NCBI GenBank assembly: GCA_963771175.1
Contig: CAVYSY010000051.1
Coordinates: 1 to 64,000, forward strand
Origin: an uncultured delta proteobacterium
GTDB lineage: Bacteria; Myxococcota; Myxococcia; Myxococcales; Myxococcaceae
Length of the DNA stretch: 64,000 nucleotides
Reading direction: 5' to 3'
The notes below the pieces were generated by a model, which saw only the letters and a list, made by a program, of their open reading frames with translations, was not told the origin of the DNA and did not search any database. The translations under genes and the position numbers were made by a program. This document shows, in pieces, positions 1 to 11,037 of the stretch (position 1 is its first letter; every line of letters starts with the position of its first letter).

Positions 1-365
1 AAGCATTGTCGATGTTTATGAGCGTTCGGAAATTAATGTTTCCGTACCGGTATGAACGTTCAGGCGCTGAACGCAGAATATCTGCTCCAACAAGAAAGTC
101 TTCTATGCAGTCAATCTCATTTCCATCCGGCGAAATTACTGCCGAAGTTGACATAAACTCGACAAAGCAGATTTACGTCACATGCAGAAAAGAACTCTTC
201 CGTATCTCTTTCCTCATTTCAAAAAAGAAGGGCAACTTACTTGCTCCCTGGGCATAGTCTCATGTATTATCCGTTACATGCAAACTTATCGGACACATTT
301 CTTTATAATAAATCTTGATTTCTGTCGGGGTCTGATATAGAAAGCAACTTGTTAAATTTTTTAAA

Positions 366-439
366 GACTCCTTGCCTGTAGCAAGACCACCGCTGAAGGG
401 TGGCAGGACTATGGGCTTAAGAGCCGAAAGGAGGAAATT
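366..439 (+). promoter_or_regulatory. Putative S6:S18 ribosomal protein leader (autoregulatory RNA)
   Basis: CTCCTT (368-373) is complementary to the SD AAGGAG (428-433) and encloses internal stems (CCACC/GGTGG, GGCT/AGCC). It lies directly upstream of rpsF. Confidence 0.5.
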
Positions 440-943
440 TTGAAAAGATACGAAGTTGTAGCTATTGTCAAAGCTGATTTGGCGGACGACGACCTCACCG
501 CCATTATCGAACGTAGTCAGACAATCATCACTGATCGTAAAGGCATTATCGCCAAAGTCGATAAGTGGGGTAAGAGACGTCTGGCTTATGAAATCAACAA
601 ACAAAAAGACGGTTTTTATTTTCTCATCGACTTTGCCGGTGACGGTCCGATTGTCGCGGAGATTGAAAGAAATTTCAAAATCGACGACCGGATTTTGAAA
701 TTCATGACCGTGAAAAAAGAAGGCGCTGTTACCCGGGAAGGGATGGAGCAGGAAACTGCTGTAGTGGAAACCAAACGGACGCAAATCCGTATTGAAACCA
801 ACCCTCCACCCAGGCAGACAATAGTGCCGCCCAGCAGGGGGATAGAACTGCCGGGACGCAACATCCCGTCGGCCTGCCGCCAGAAAAATTTACAACAGAG
901 AAGAACAACCTACGAGGGGGGAATAAACAATGGCCGCACCTAA
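440..943 (+). CDS. rpsF: 30S ribosomal protein S6 (C-terminal tail may be frameshifted; alternative stop at 926)
   Basis: [10 protein letters not shown]...[18 protein letters not shown]...[17 protein letters not shown] before a TTG start. Confidence 0.95.
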   Translation: MKRYEVVAIVKADLADDDLTAIIERSQTIITDRKGIIAKVDKWGKRRLAYEINKQKDGFYFLIDFAGDGPIVAEIERNFKIDDRILKFMTVKKEGAVTREGMEQETAVVETKRTQIRIETNPPPRQTIVPPSRGIELPGRNIPSACRQKNLQQRRTTYEGGINNGRT

Positions 944-1199
944 TGGAGATAGACCAGCTCGTCAGCCCCAGAAAAAGTTTTTTCATAGAAAGAAGTTTTG
1001 CCGCTTTTGCACGGATTCCAATATAAAGATTGACTATAAAAATCTGGCTATTCTTAATAATTTCGTTACTGAAAGAGGCAAGATTATGCCGCGGAGAATT
1101 ACCGGTAATTGTGCCAATCATCAAAGGGAACTTACTGCAGCAATCAAACGAGCCCGTACAATCGCTATTATGCCTTTTGTCGCTGCTGAAGGAAGATAA
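930..1199 (+). CDS. rpsR: 30S ribosomal protein S18 (Cys-containing, Zn-binding type)
   Basis: KKFCRFC...IDYKN...[30 protein letters not shown]. Confidence 0.97.
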   Translation: MAAPNGDRPARQPQKKFFHRKKFCRFCTDSNIKIDYKNLAILNNFVTERGKIMPRRITGNCANHQRELTAAIKRARTIAIMPFVAAEGR

Positions 1200-1216
1200 A
1201 GAAATATGATAGAAAT

Positions 1217-1266
1217 ACTTGCCGGCATCTGTCAGTATTCAAAGATGCCGGCAAGTTTTTTATTTT
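1217..1266 (+). terminator. Rho-independent terminator after rpsR
   Basis: 14-bp perfect stem ACTTGCCGGCATCT / AGATGCCGGCAAGT followed by a T-rich tract. Confidence 0.8.
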
Positions 1267-1371
1267 CCTGTGATAGTTGCTTATACCGGTTTGCATTGAG
1301 GCTCCAATTACTTACCCACCGCCCGTGTATAACTTTACTATTAAAATTTGGTATCAGGCAGGTCATTAGCT

Positions 1372-2344
1372 TTGAAAACATTCGGTATTCTAATTCCCAA
1401 CAATCCTTTCTTCAGGATGTTATTGATCCTCTCCTTTTTTGTTTTTGCCGCCGGCTTTTGTTCCCGCTGTCGGCTTCATTTTTCTTATTTTTCTTCCCGC
1501 TGCTTACATTTTTTTACAGCGCTGTTGCCGGAAAAGCTAAAACAGCCGTCGCTTTTTTAATTCCAGTTCTGCTGATTTTCCTTTTTTCTCATTTATTACA
1601 ATTAAATACACCTTACCTGGTAATTTTAATTATGGGTACTGTGGGTTTGACTATTTCGGCAGTCGCCTTAAAAAATAGTTCCATCGAAAAAACAGTAATT
1701 TATCCTGCACTGATTATTATCGGGGCAATTTGTGCCTTTTTCATCTATTCCGGTTTTCGAACTATCCGTAAATCCCTGGAAACTGGTAGCAACAATTCGT
1801 TGCACAGGACAATTGAGCAAAACATAAATCTTTATGCTCAATTACCACTTGATCAGGAAGACATCAAGCTTGATAAAAAACAACAAACAGATATTTATCA
1901 GTGTTTTTACCGGTATTTTCCCCGCTCTGGCGGTTATCGGATCTGTCATTATCGTCTGGATCAATGTTTTGATGGGAAGAAACTCTCTTCGCAAGGCAGC
2001 AATTATTTTGCCTCAACTCGAAGGATTATCACGTTGGAAAGCTCCCGAATTTATTATCTGGATATTCATCGCCACCGGAGGCCTGCTCTTGTTCCCCAAT
2101 GAACAAATCCGGTTTTTCAGCCTGAACATATTTATTCTGGCCTGTTTTATTTATTTATTGCAGGGTCTGGCCATCGTCAGCTTTCTTTTTCAGAACAAAA
2201 ACGTACCGGTTTTTTTCCGCTATCTTTTTTATTTTTTGATTGCCGTTCAGCAATTTCTTATGATACCTATAGCTCTTGGTCGGATTATTTGACATCTGGG
2301 TTGATTTCAGGAGATTTTTCCAAAAAAATCAAACTGTTACCTAA
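1372..2344 (+). CDS. DUF2232/YybS-family membrane protein (split by several indels)
   Basis: Hydrophobic pieces across ORFs 1348-1560, 1206-2102 and 1834-2292 (WKAPEFIIW, YLLQGLAIVSF, ending DIWVDFRR). Sits in the usual position between rpsR and rplI. Confidence 0.8.
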
Positions 2345-2382
2345 AAACATTCAACTATGTTTTTACAATAAGGAGGATTTTC

Positions 2383-2826
2383 ATGAAGGTTATTTTAAAA
2401 CAAAACGTTCCTTCCCTGGGCAAGGCCGGTGATTTGGTCAAAGTAAATGACGGATACGCCCGCAATTTGCTGATTCCCAAAGGCCTGGCCACCGAAGCCA
2501 ACGAAAAAAACATCAAAACCTTTGAGCATGAAAAAAAGAACATATTGCAAAGAGCGGAGAAAGAACAAAAAGCAGCACAGGATCAGGCGGCAAAACTCTC
2601 TGAGGTTACCTTAACCATTGCCCGCAAAGTCGGTGATCAGGATAAAATCTTCGGTTCCGTAACTTCCAAAGATATCGAACTGGCGCTTCAAGAAAAAGGT
2701 TTTAACATTGACAAGAAAATGATCATTCATGATGAGCAAATAAAATCACTGGGTGAATTTAAAGTAAAAATCAAGCTCCACAGCGGCATCGAAGCAGAAA
2801 TTAAACTGAATGTTGTCGGCGAGTAA
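2383..2826 (+). CDS. rplI: 50S ribosomal protein L9
   Basis: MKVILKQNVPSLGKAGDLVKVNDGYARNLLIPKG...KIFGSVTSKDI; SD AAGGAGG. Confidence 0.98.
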   Translation: MKVILKQNVPSLGKAGDLVKVNDGYARNLLIPKGLATEANEKNIKTFEHEKKNILQRAEKEQKAAQDQAAKLSEVTLTIARKVGDQDKIFGSVTSKDIELALQEKGFNIDKKMIIHDEQIKSLGEFKVKIKLHSGIEAEIKLNVVGE

Positions 2827-2828
2827 CA

Positions 2829-4052
2829 ATGAGAGATATCTGATCCGTCTTTATACAAGATTCCTCCGCAAAATCTGGAAGCCGAACAATCTATTCTCGG
2901 CAGCATTTTGCTGGAAAACAGTGCCATCAACAGCGTGCTGGAAGTCATGTCTAAAGGCGACTTTTACAGCGAAGCACACCGGAAAATATTTAACCTCATG
3001 GTTGAGCTTTCCGAAAAAAATGAGCCGGTTGATCTTATTACATTAAGCAATGCCCTGAGAGACAGGAAAATGCTGGACTCAGTTGGCGGAACTGCCTATC
3101 TCGCTTCTCTGGTGGATAATGTACCTTCTGCGGCCAATGTCGCCAACTACGCCAAAATTGTTAAAGAAAAAGCGATCCTGCGCGGTTTAATCGGTTCGGC
3201 AACGGAAATTATTACCAGTTGCTACGAAACAGGTTCTGATGTTGATCAGGTTCTCGACCAGGCCGAACACAGCATTTTCGAAATTGCCGAAAATAAAGTC
3301 CGGCCTTCTTTTTATCCGATTCGGGAAATTGTTAAAGACAGTTTCCGTTCCATCGAAGACCTTTATGCCCGCAAGGAATTGATTACCGGCGTGCCTACCG
3401 GTTTTGAAAAAATTGACGATTTGACTTCCGGCCTGCAGAAATCGGATCTGATCATTATCGCCGGCCGTCCCAGCATGGGCAAAACCGCTTTTGCCCTGAA
3501 CATTGCCCAATTTGCGGCACTGGAAGCGTCAAACACCTGTTGCTGTTTTTTCTCTGGAAATGTCCAAAGAGCAGTTGGTATTTCGTCTGCTGGCCTCGGA
3601 AGCCAAGGTCGATTCGCAGCGTTTGCGGAAAGGTTTTTTAGGCGAAACCGACTGGCCGAAATTGACGACTGCCGCCGGCCGTCTTTCCGAAGCGCCGCTT
3701 TTCATCGATGATACGCCGGCAATCACCGTATTGGAAATGAAAGCTAAATCACGCCGCCTGAAAGCGGATGCAGGACTGGGTCTTATTGTCGTGGATTACA
3801 TTCAGTTGATGCGTGGCGGCAGTTATCGCGATATCGCGCGAACAGGAAATATCGGAAATCAGCCGTTCGCTGAAAGCCCTGGCCAAGGAATTGAAAGTGC
3901 CGGTAATTGCCCTTTCCCAGTTAAACCGCAAAGTCGAAGACCGCACCAACCGGCGCCCGCAAATGGCCGACTTGCGCGAATCCGGCGCCATCGAACAGGA
4001 TGCCGACGTTATTGCCTTTATCTACCGGGACGAAGTCTATAACAAATCGGAA
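2829..4052 (+). CDS. dnaB: Replicative DNA helicase DnaB (frameshifted, truncated at the junction)
   Basis: [10 protein letters not shown], Walker [48 protein letters not shown]. Stops abruptly after YNKSE. Confidence 0.95.
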
Positions 4053-4969
4053 CCGTGAAGCCAGCCGCCGATCTTTTTGGGGGATCGGCAAACAGCGGCA
4101 GGATATTGTCGGAGATCGTTTCGGCGATCTTCTCGAATTCCTTGGTCGTTGGATTTTCTCTGGTCGCCTGGCACAAATCTGCCAACTGCTTCGCCGCCCG
4201 CCAGCGCAGCAGGGTGGCAAAAGACATCGCTCCCAGGAGATAGATGGAATCCTGAAAGCCAAACCCCACCGCACGCCGCGGCGGTTCAGCCACCACGGCG
4301 CCAGTTTTCTGATCGAGCTCTCTTGTGCGTTGAACGCCTTGATCAGCCGATCCAGGATGGTCAGCCCTTCCACCGTCTCGGACAGGAAGCTCTGGTCTTT
4401 CGTGTTGTGCGAGTAGGCCCAGGCAATGTGAACGAAGTAATAGTGATCATCTGCCGGAGGCAGGGGACCCCAAGGGCCGCCGCCTTGGTTCTCGCCGGCG
4501 CTGTAGGTTCCGGGATAGTACACTGGCAGGCCATCCATCCGGATATGATCCGCGATGGAATAGGGCGGAATAATGGCGCCACTCTGCAGTTTCCGTTCGT
4601 TGGGGCCGCTCTGGCCCCGCGCTATCAACTTCAACTGGGGGAACATTTCATCCGGCCCGATCAGGCCGCAATCCAAACTCATGGCATAATCGCGAATCCA
4701 TAATGCGCCGGATCCTCTCTCTCTCTCTCCAGGGGCTTGTTCACTCCGGGAAGAACATGTGCAGCCTTCACGGTGGCCGCAGCGATGCCTTTCAGGAACT
4801 CCATTGACTCCGGATCAATCAGTTCTACGGTACCTTCGCCGGCTGGCTGGGCGGCGGTCACCCCGACAGTCAACGACGACGTCGCGGCGGCTGCGGCCGC
4901 ACATGCGGCCCGACCCAGCCAAACTCGCCGAGAAACATGCGGACTTGATGTAGAATTCATGTTGTTCAT
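4053..4969 (-). CDS. Tat-exported six-hairpin glycosidase-like protein (frameshifted, 3' end missing)
   Basis: [17 protein letters not shown] signal; [10 protein letters not shown] motif once the frame is corrected at ~4715; downstream GFGFQDSIY. Confidence 0.55.
4715..4729. repeat. (CT)7C dinucleotide tract inside a CDS
   Basis: CTCTCTCTCTCTCTC read directly from the sequence. Confidence 0.9.
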
Positions 4970-5079
4970 GGGATTGAGGGGTGGCGGATTTGCCGTGCCG
5001 AACATGGTTAGACGACACAGTCCAAGCACGAATGAGAGCCCGTCTTAAAATAGTCCGATCTATGTACGTGAAACGCGTC

Positions 5080-6281
5080 TTATTCTGTCTTGCCGACCAA
5101 GTCCATCGCATCCCAGGAGAACCAGCCGTCATTCGCGACCCGTACCTCCAAGACATTCTTGCCCGACCTCAACCCCTGCCTGGGAATCGCGAAAATCCGA
5201 GACGCTGGAAACGCCAAGTGTGCAGGATCCGTGTTCTGAATCCCCAGCCCTTGCGTCAGAGTCTGCTCGTAGATCTTTCCGTTCACCTGCACCTCGACCA
5301 CGGCATTCGTCCCGCGCGACTGATCAGCCGTATGAATGCGCAATAGAGCCGGCCCTTCCGCGTGCTTTGGGTCAACCGCGAATTTCAAAACGCGTCACGC
5401 CGCTACCCTGCAACAGCGGAAGTCTCGCTGTCTCCGGCCGGCGCCCTGCAAGCATCACCATGTTTTTGTGCCCAACCCTGGTCAGGTCTGCATACCCGAG
5501 GTATTCCCGCGTCATGGCATCGCGCCGCCCATCGCCATCAAGACGCTCTCCGCTCGGTTCGATCACCCGATCGTCCGCGTTCCACGTAGTGACCCGCCAA
5601 CCCGTCTGCGCCAGCGTCAGTCCGCCCGCGGGTTTGACGGCCGAACGTATCGTAATGGTCCGCGTTTCGCCCGGCGGAATAAAGCAATGGTTGTTGTCAA
5701 TCAGCAGGTCTGTCCGATATTCAATCAGCGGGTGCGGTTCGCAGAACAACGCGGTCATCGTACCCGTGTTCGTCACCACAAGATCGAGGATCTCCTGATC
5801 GCCCGCGGTGCGAACCGGCCGCGCGTCAAGTTGAATCGCTGTTCTCGCGACCGGCCGCGCTGCCAGGTTCTCGGACTGTCGGAACCTTGAACCTTCGCAA
5901 CGGTATCATCGTCGATCCTTCAGCCCTTTCGCCAACAGCCCGGCCAGCGGGTACTCGAGGGCAGAGGCGCCCAGCACGTGCAACCGCTCCACCAGCAGTC
6001 GGCCTCCCTCGTCATTCAGGCCCACTTCCACGAACACCGGTCCGAGCGCAGTCTCGGGAGGTGGACGCAAGGCAAGCGATCCCAGAGGAATCACCTCCTG
6101 CGGCGCGATGGAATCCGCTACGCCCTTGCCCTGCGCGAACACCTTTCCGCGACGGTCGCGGGCCAGCCATTGCCAACGCACTTTCCTTACCGTCTGCGGT
6201 GCATCGCTGGCCAGAAACAAGTGCGCGGCAACTCCCTGGGTATAGTCATAGAGCAACGAGTCGTATTTCAAGCTCAGGCTC
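5080..6281 (-). CDS. C-terminal part of a GH2/beta-mannosidase-like glycoside hydrolase (frameshifted, 5' end missing)
   Basis: ORFs 5906-6283, 5372-5779 and 5080-5388. DNNHCFIPPGETRTITI resembles the C-terminal Ig motif of mannosidases; ends in a beta-sandwich-like segment (GKNVLEVRV...WDAMDL). Confidence 0.5.
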
Positions 6282-7971
6282 ATTCACACAGGGCCCGGTC
6301 CCCTTCACGGATCTGTTCGAGCGGGGGAGCGGCTCGGTCGAGCTCTTCACGCAGGAGCGCATCGCGGACCCGCGGGCGACCTATGGCGACGTCGCGCGCC
6401 TGGAGGCCACCTTCCAGATTGGAGGGGCCTCGTACCGGGTGGAGCTGGCGCAGGGCGGTTTCCCACCCGCGCAGGCGATGGCCGGGGCCCCCGTGACGGG
6501 AGCGTTGCCTCCACCGCCGGCCCAGCCCATCGCGGGCGGGGTGGTGCTGGGGCAGGACCTGCATGGCGGCTCGGGGCTCGGCTTCGCCCAAATGACGCGC
6601 GTGCAGGCAGCGACGGCGGTGTGGGGCGTGGGCCGCGTCTGGCGCAACGGAGAGCTGCTCTCGGACACCGCCCTCATCCATGCCGCCGCGCTGAGCCGAG
6701 GGGCGCACGCGGATGACGACACCTTCCGGCTGCTGCCGTCCGCGCGCCAGGGGGACACCGAGCTGGAGGTGCTGGTCTGGAACCTGCCTCTCGCGCTCGA
6801 GCCCCGCGGCTTCATCCAGTTCGGATTCGATGACGTGGCCATCGACGTCGACGGGGTGCCGGTGCCCGCGGTCGCGTTCGTCCCCACGGCGGGGGTGTTC
6901 GTCGGAGTAGCGCCGCCGAGCTCGCCGGTGCCGCTTGGGGCCTCGCTGGGGCTCGTGCCCAACAGCGGGCTGGCGCTGCAACAGCAGCAGGGCGTGGGGG
7001 GCGCCGGTCTGGCGGGGACGGGACAGACAGGGACAGCCCAGGTCGGGACGGGCGGCTTCTCGGGGACTTCGCTCGAAGAGGCTCAGGGTGGCACGGATGC
7101 CCTGGCGGCCCCTTCGGCGACCCAGACGGCGGAGACCGCGGATGTCACCCTCCCGGGGCCCTCGAGGGCGGCGGCGGGGGATGTGCTCGACCCCTTCCTG
7201 GACACGGGCCGGGTGTCGCTCTCCACGCAGCAGCCCGGAGAGCCCGACGTGGGGACGCCCGGAGTCCAGACCACCCCCATCGTTCCTCCGGCCTTCGTGA
7301 CTCCGGACACGCCTGGGCGGGTGGCGATCACCGCGGGGGAGCCCGCGCAGCCGGGCCAGCAAGACGCGCAGTTTCCCGGGCAGCAGACGCCCATCATCCC
7401 GCAGGGTTTCCAGAGCCCCGCGCGCGTGAGTATCTCCGACGAGCTACCTCCGAGCACGGTGAGTGGCTTCGTGCCCCTGGTTCCGGGACCGCAGCAGCAG
7501 CAGTCCATCTTCTTGTCCCCCGCGGGGTCCTTCTCCGTGGTGCCGCTGGTGCCCGGGGTTGCCGGACCGGAGTTCGCCTTTGGTGGGCCTCGTGTGACAG
7601 CGGGGGTGGTGCGGACGCCGGAGCCGCAGCAGGTCGTGACGCCCGCGGTGCCGCTTGTCGCCACGCCGCTGCCGCTCAACGCGCAGCAGCCGGTGCCGCT
7701 CGTTACGAGTCCGCAGCCGCTCAACGGGCAGCAGGCGGTGCCTCTCGTCTCCACTCCGACGCCGCTCAACTCGCAGCCGATCGTCGCCACGCCGCCCGGT
7801 GCCACCACGTCACCGGTGACGTCGACTCCCGCGGCGACCGCGGTGCCGGGCCTGGTGCCGGGCGCGACCCCGAGCACGGCGGGTTCCACGGGAAGCTCCA
7901 CGGGAACGGTGGCGGGACCGGGCGGCCCACCCGCGACGACGGCTCCGGGCGGGGGCGCTCCAGCACCCTGA
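6281..7971 (+). CDS. Myxobacterial hypothetical protein with a Pro/Thr/Gln-rich repetitive C-terminus (5' end missing)
   Basis: GC-rich part of ORF 5887-7971: globular N-terminal part followed by a low-complexity tail. Confidence 0.75.
7648..7779 (+). repeat. Three tandem ~45-bp coding repeats (VPLVxxPxPLNxQ)
   Basis: Units start at 7648, 7693 and 7738 and share GTGCC...CCGCTCAAC. Confidence 0.85.
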
Positions 7972-8035
7972 CGGCGGGGGCTCGCGCCGGGGGCGAAAAA
8001 TTGACCCCCTGCTACTGGCCTGTAGCTTGGCCTAC

Positions 8036-8404
8036 ATGAGGACACACGCCGCCGCCCTCGTTGCCGCACCCGCGACGCTGAGCCGCGCGGGGGCCGATCC
8101 GCTCCGCCAGGCGGTGGAGCAGCTTGGCCACGCGCTGCCCCCACGCGCCGACTCCACCGTGCTGCTGGACTTCCTGGAGGACGATCTCCGGGAAGGACTC
8201 GAAGCGCTCGGTGACGTCGAGGCGCACTTCTCCGAGGTGCTCGAGACGCTCCAGTCGGACGCGCTGTCGCCGCTGTCGTTGCTCGAGGCTGGAGAGGACT
8301 ACCTCGTGCTTCAGCGGCTCGCGTTGCTGGAGGACGTGGCGACGCGGCTCCGCCGCCGGCTGTCGCAGGCAGCGGCACTGATGCGTCACGCGACTACCAC
8401 TTGA
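8036..8404 (+). CDS. Hypothetical helical protein
   Basis: ORF with GC3-biased codons (LLDFLEDDLREGLEALGDVEAHF). Confidence 0.7.
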   Translation: MRTHAAALVAAPATLSRAGADPLRQAVEQLGHALPPRADSTVLLDFLEDDLREGLEALGDVEAHFSEVLETLQSDALSPLSLLEAGEDYLVLQRLALLEDVATRLRRRLSQAAALMRHATTT

Positions 8405-9265
8405 GCTGTTCCTTGCCCTGGGCCTGCTTCGCCTTCTCGCCCGGGCGCGAGTACGAGGTGAGGGTGGCGCGCACGGCCCCGAGGTCGATGGTGCCCACGG
8501 CCGCGAGCGGCAGCCGGCGCTCGTCGTCGGAGATCCACACGTGGACCTCGCGCTTCATCGAGGGCTTGTCGATGCGCACCGCGGTGCCGGACAGGTGCCA
8601 GGCCTCGAACTCGCCGAGCGGCAGCGAGACGTGCTCACGCTTCACCACGGTGGCCGTCATGCGCCACATGCGGCGCACGCCGTAGACGTCGAAGCAGACG
8701 GGCAGGCCCTCCTTCATGGGGAGCTGGCGCATCATGTAGATGGCGCCGCCCACGTCCAGGCCCTCGTGCTCGTAGGTGTAGTCGAAGTGGCCCGGCTTGC
8801 CCTTGGCGACGTAGTCCACGCGGACCTTGCGCTCCTTGGTGTTGAAGGCCACGTCCACGGTACGGCGAGACTCGTTCTCGGTGGCGTCCTCGGTGTAGCG
8901 CGAGGTCCGCAGCGTCTTCGGGTGCAGGTAGCTCACCGCGGTGGCGCTCACCCGGCGCACCTTGGAGAAGAAGGAGTTGGTCTGCACCTTGATCTGCACG
9001 GGCAGCGCGCTGTTCGTCTTCTTCTGCACCTGCATGGTCATCGTGCCGGCGGTGGCGCCCATGGCGTCGAGGTCGAACTCGAGCAGCTCGCCCGAAGCGA
9101 AGGCCAGCGGGCTGCGGAGGGTGGGCAGGCGTTGCTCACACCGGGGCACGGCGGCCGGGGCCGGCGGCGGGCCTTCTTCTCGTCCGAGGGATCCATCGCA
9201 TCGGGGAGCTGAGCCCAGGCAGCGGAGGAGAGGCTGAAGAGGAAGGCTGCGAGGGCAGAGCGCAT
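8394..9265 (-). CDS. Secreted DUF3108-family protein (frameshift near the N-terminus)
   Basis: Signal MRSALAAFLFSLSSAAWAQ; GELLEFDL...VWISDDERRLPLAAV...LGAVRATL. Confidence 0.75.
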
Positions 9266-9303
9266 GGCGGTCATCCTTGGCTGAGGGGTGAAGTGTCTCC
9301 GGC

Positions 9304-11001
9304 TCACTTGGGGGCTCCAACTCGCTTCGGATGGACGCCCGAACGCTTCGAGTATTCGGACGCTTCCCAGCGTTTCCTCAGCCGGGCCGTCAGCTCACGC
9401 CGCACCTGCTCCCACTGCTGGGGGTCCGTCTCGACTTCATAGCCCGAGCGGGCGAGTCGTCGCGCGGCCTCCCGGGCAAATGCCCGCTCGCCCAGCGACT
9501 CCAGCAGCCGGAGGTACTCGTAGTCCTCCAGGCCGTCGCGGACGTGTTTGAGCCGCAAGGACATCACGGGTTGGTGGCGGGCGAAGCCGGGCCGGGAGGG
9601 CGTGCCGGGGTAGAAGAAGGTGCCATCCCCGTTGCCGCCGAATTCGAAGACATCCTGCCAGGGGTCCTTCTTCGTGTTGTAGGCGTAGACGGTGTCGAAA
9701 TAGAGCTCGCCGTCCACGCCGGAGAGGAAGGCCAGCGGCCCCATGGCGCGGTTGAGCGGGGCGGGGTGGTCCACCATGTAGGAGGCCCAGCCGCTGTAGG
9801 CCTTCTCCACCGAGGGATCCTCCGCGGGGCCTCCGGTGCAGCCGTGCGAGTTGCAGCTCTGGTACCACCACACCTTCACGTGGGGGGCGAGCTTGCCGCG
9901 CAGCGTCGGCAGCGGGAGGACGTTGCGGCACGTCTGCGGCCCGGGGCGTGGGAAGAAGCAGTTGAGGGTAGGGGAGAGGATGTCCGCCGAGCCCCGCAGC
10001 GCCTCGTCCAGCGGGGCGGTGACGAGCACCGGCACGTCCTTGCTGGCCGCGCGCACCCGCTGCGACTGGGCGCGCACGAGCGGCACGTCCTCCGGCTTCG
10101 GCTCGTCCTTGGCGTAGAAGAAGAGCTGCGCGCGCCAGCCCTTCTGGCGGTAGTGCTCGGCGAAGGCGCGGTAGTACGCCTCCTTCTCCGAGTCGGTGCG
10201 GGCCGCCCGGCTGTCGCGCACCTCGGAGGTGGTGAAGCGGGCCCCCGAGGGCAGCACCGTCCCTTCCAGGAAGGGCCCCACCTCCGCGTCGTACGCGCGG
10301 AAGTCCACCACCGCCTTGCCCTTCTCGAAGCGCACCGGAGGCGCGTCCATGCTCATGCCGTGGGCGCTGAGCCGGTGTGCCAGCAGCTCGCTCGCGTAGG
10401 CGCGGAGCAGCTCGCGGGCCTCCGGGGAGTCGGGCTTCAGCCCGTGCCCCTTGGCGATGCTGTAGAGGGACACGCCGAAGCTCGTCGGCAACGAGGCGGT
10501 GGCCGGCAGGACGAAGGGCTGCACCTCGGCCGTGAAGGGCACGGGCGCCAGCGGCTTGCCGTCCGCCTCCACCCGCAGCGCGCCCTGGTACGTGCCCGGT
10601 TCCTGGGCCTCTGGCGCGCACAGCTCCACGTAGAGGACCGTGGGCGCGTCCGGCGCGGTCGGCGTCTCCACCGGCACCAGCGGATCCGGCCACGGCCCGC
10701 TCGCTCCCTGCGAGTTGGAGGGCGTCTTCACGTCCAACCAGGCCTCGCGCCACACCGACGTCTTCAGGGGCGCGCCCGGCCCGCGCAGCGCGAGCGGCTT
10801 CACCTGGACGCGCGAGGTGCCCGGGGGGAGCACCACCTGGGAGGCCTCGCACTCACCGCGCGCGAGGCTCAACCGGGCCTCCTTCTCGCCCTTCACCGCG
10901 ACTCCTGGCCGCACCTTCTCCAGCGAGGACACCACCCGAGGCTCGGGCGCCGCGGCCAGCATTCCCGCGAGCACCCACTGCACCGCCCAACCCGCCCCCA
11001 T
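9304..11001 (-). CDS. DUF4091 / GH123-like glycoside hydrolase
   Basis: LARGECEASQV, WPDPLVP, YAKDEP, GNGDGTFFYPG, SLRLKHVRDGLEDYEYL. Confidence 0.8.
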   Translation of the reverse strand: MGAGWAVQWVLAGMLAAAPEPRVVSSLEKVRPGVAVKGEKEARLSLARGECEASQVVLPPGTSRVQVKPLALRGPGAPLKTSVWREAWLDVKTPSNSQGASGPWPDPLVPVETPTAPDAPTVLYVELCAPEAQEPGTYQGALRVEADGKPLAPVPFTAEVQPFVLPATASLPTSFGVSLYSIAKGHGLKPDSPEARELLRAYASELLAHRLSAHGMSMDAPPVRFEKGKAVVDFRAYDAEVGPFLEGTVLPSGARFTTSEVRDSRAARTDSEKEAYYRAFAEHYRQKGWRAQLFFYAKDEPKPEDVPLVRAQSQRVRAASKDVPVLVTAPLDEALRGSADILSPTLNCFFPRPGPQTCRNVLPLPTLRGKLAPHVKVWWYQSCNSHGCTGGPAEDPSVEKAYSGWASYMVDHPAPLNRAMGPLAFLSGVDGELYFDTVYAYNTKKDPWQDVFEFGGNGDGTFFYPGTPSRPGFARHQPVMSLRLKHVRDGLEDYEYLRLLESLGERAFAREAARRLARSGYEVETDPQQWEQVRRELTARLRKRWEASEYSKRSGVHPKRVGAPK

Positions 11002-11037
11002 GTCGCCCCCTGTCCGCGGCCGCCCGGTGCCGCGTTG

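Noticed and set aside
1..257. ORF 6-257 and a possible partial minus-strand gene
   Set aside because: No recognisable motif and the strand is ambiguous at the window edge.
4053..6281. Intein or mobile element inserted in dnaB
   Set aside because: The frame closes at once, dnaB never resumes, and there are no splicing motifs or mobility genes.
5887..7971. 694-aa ORF as a single gene
   Set aside because: The first ~130 codons are antisense to the glycosidase from a different source fragment.
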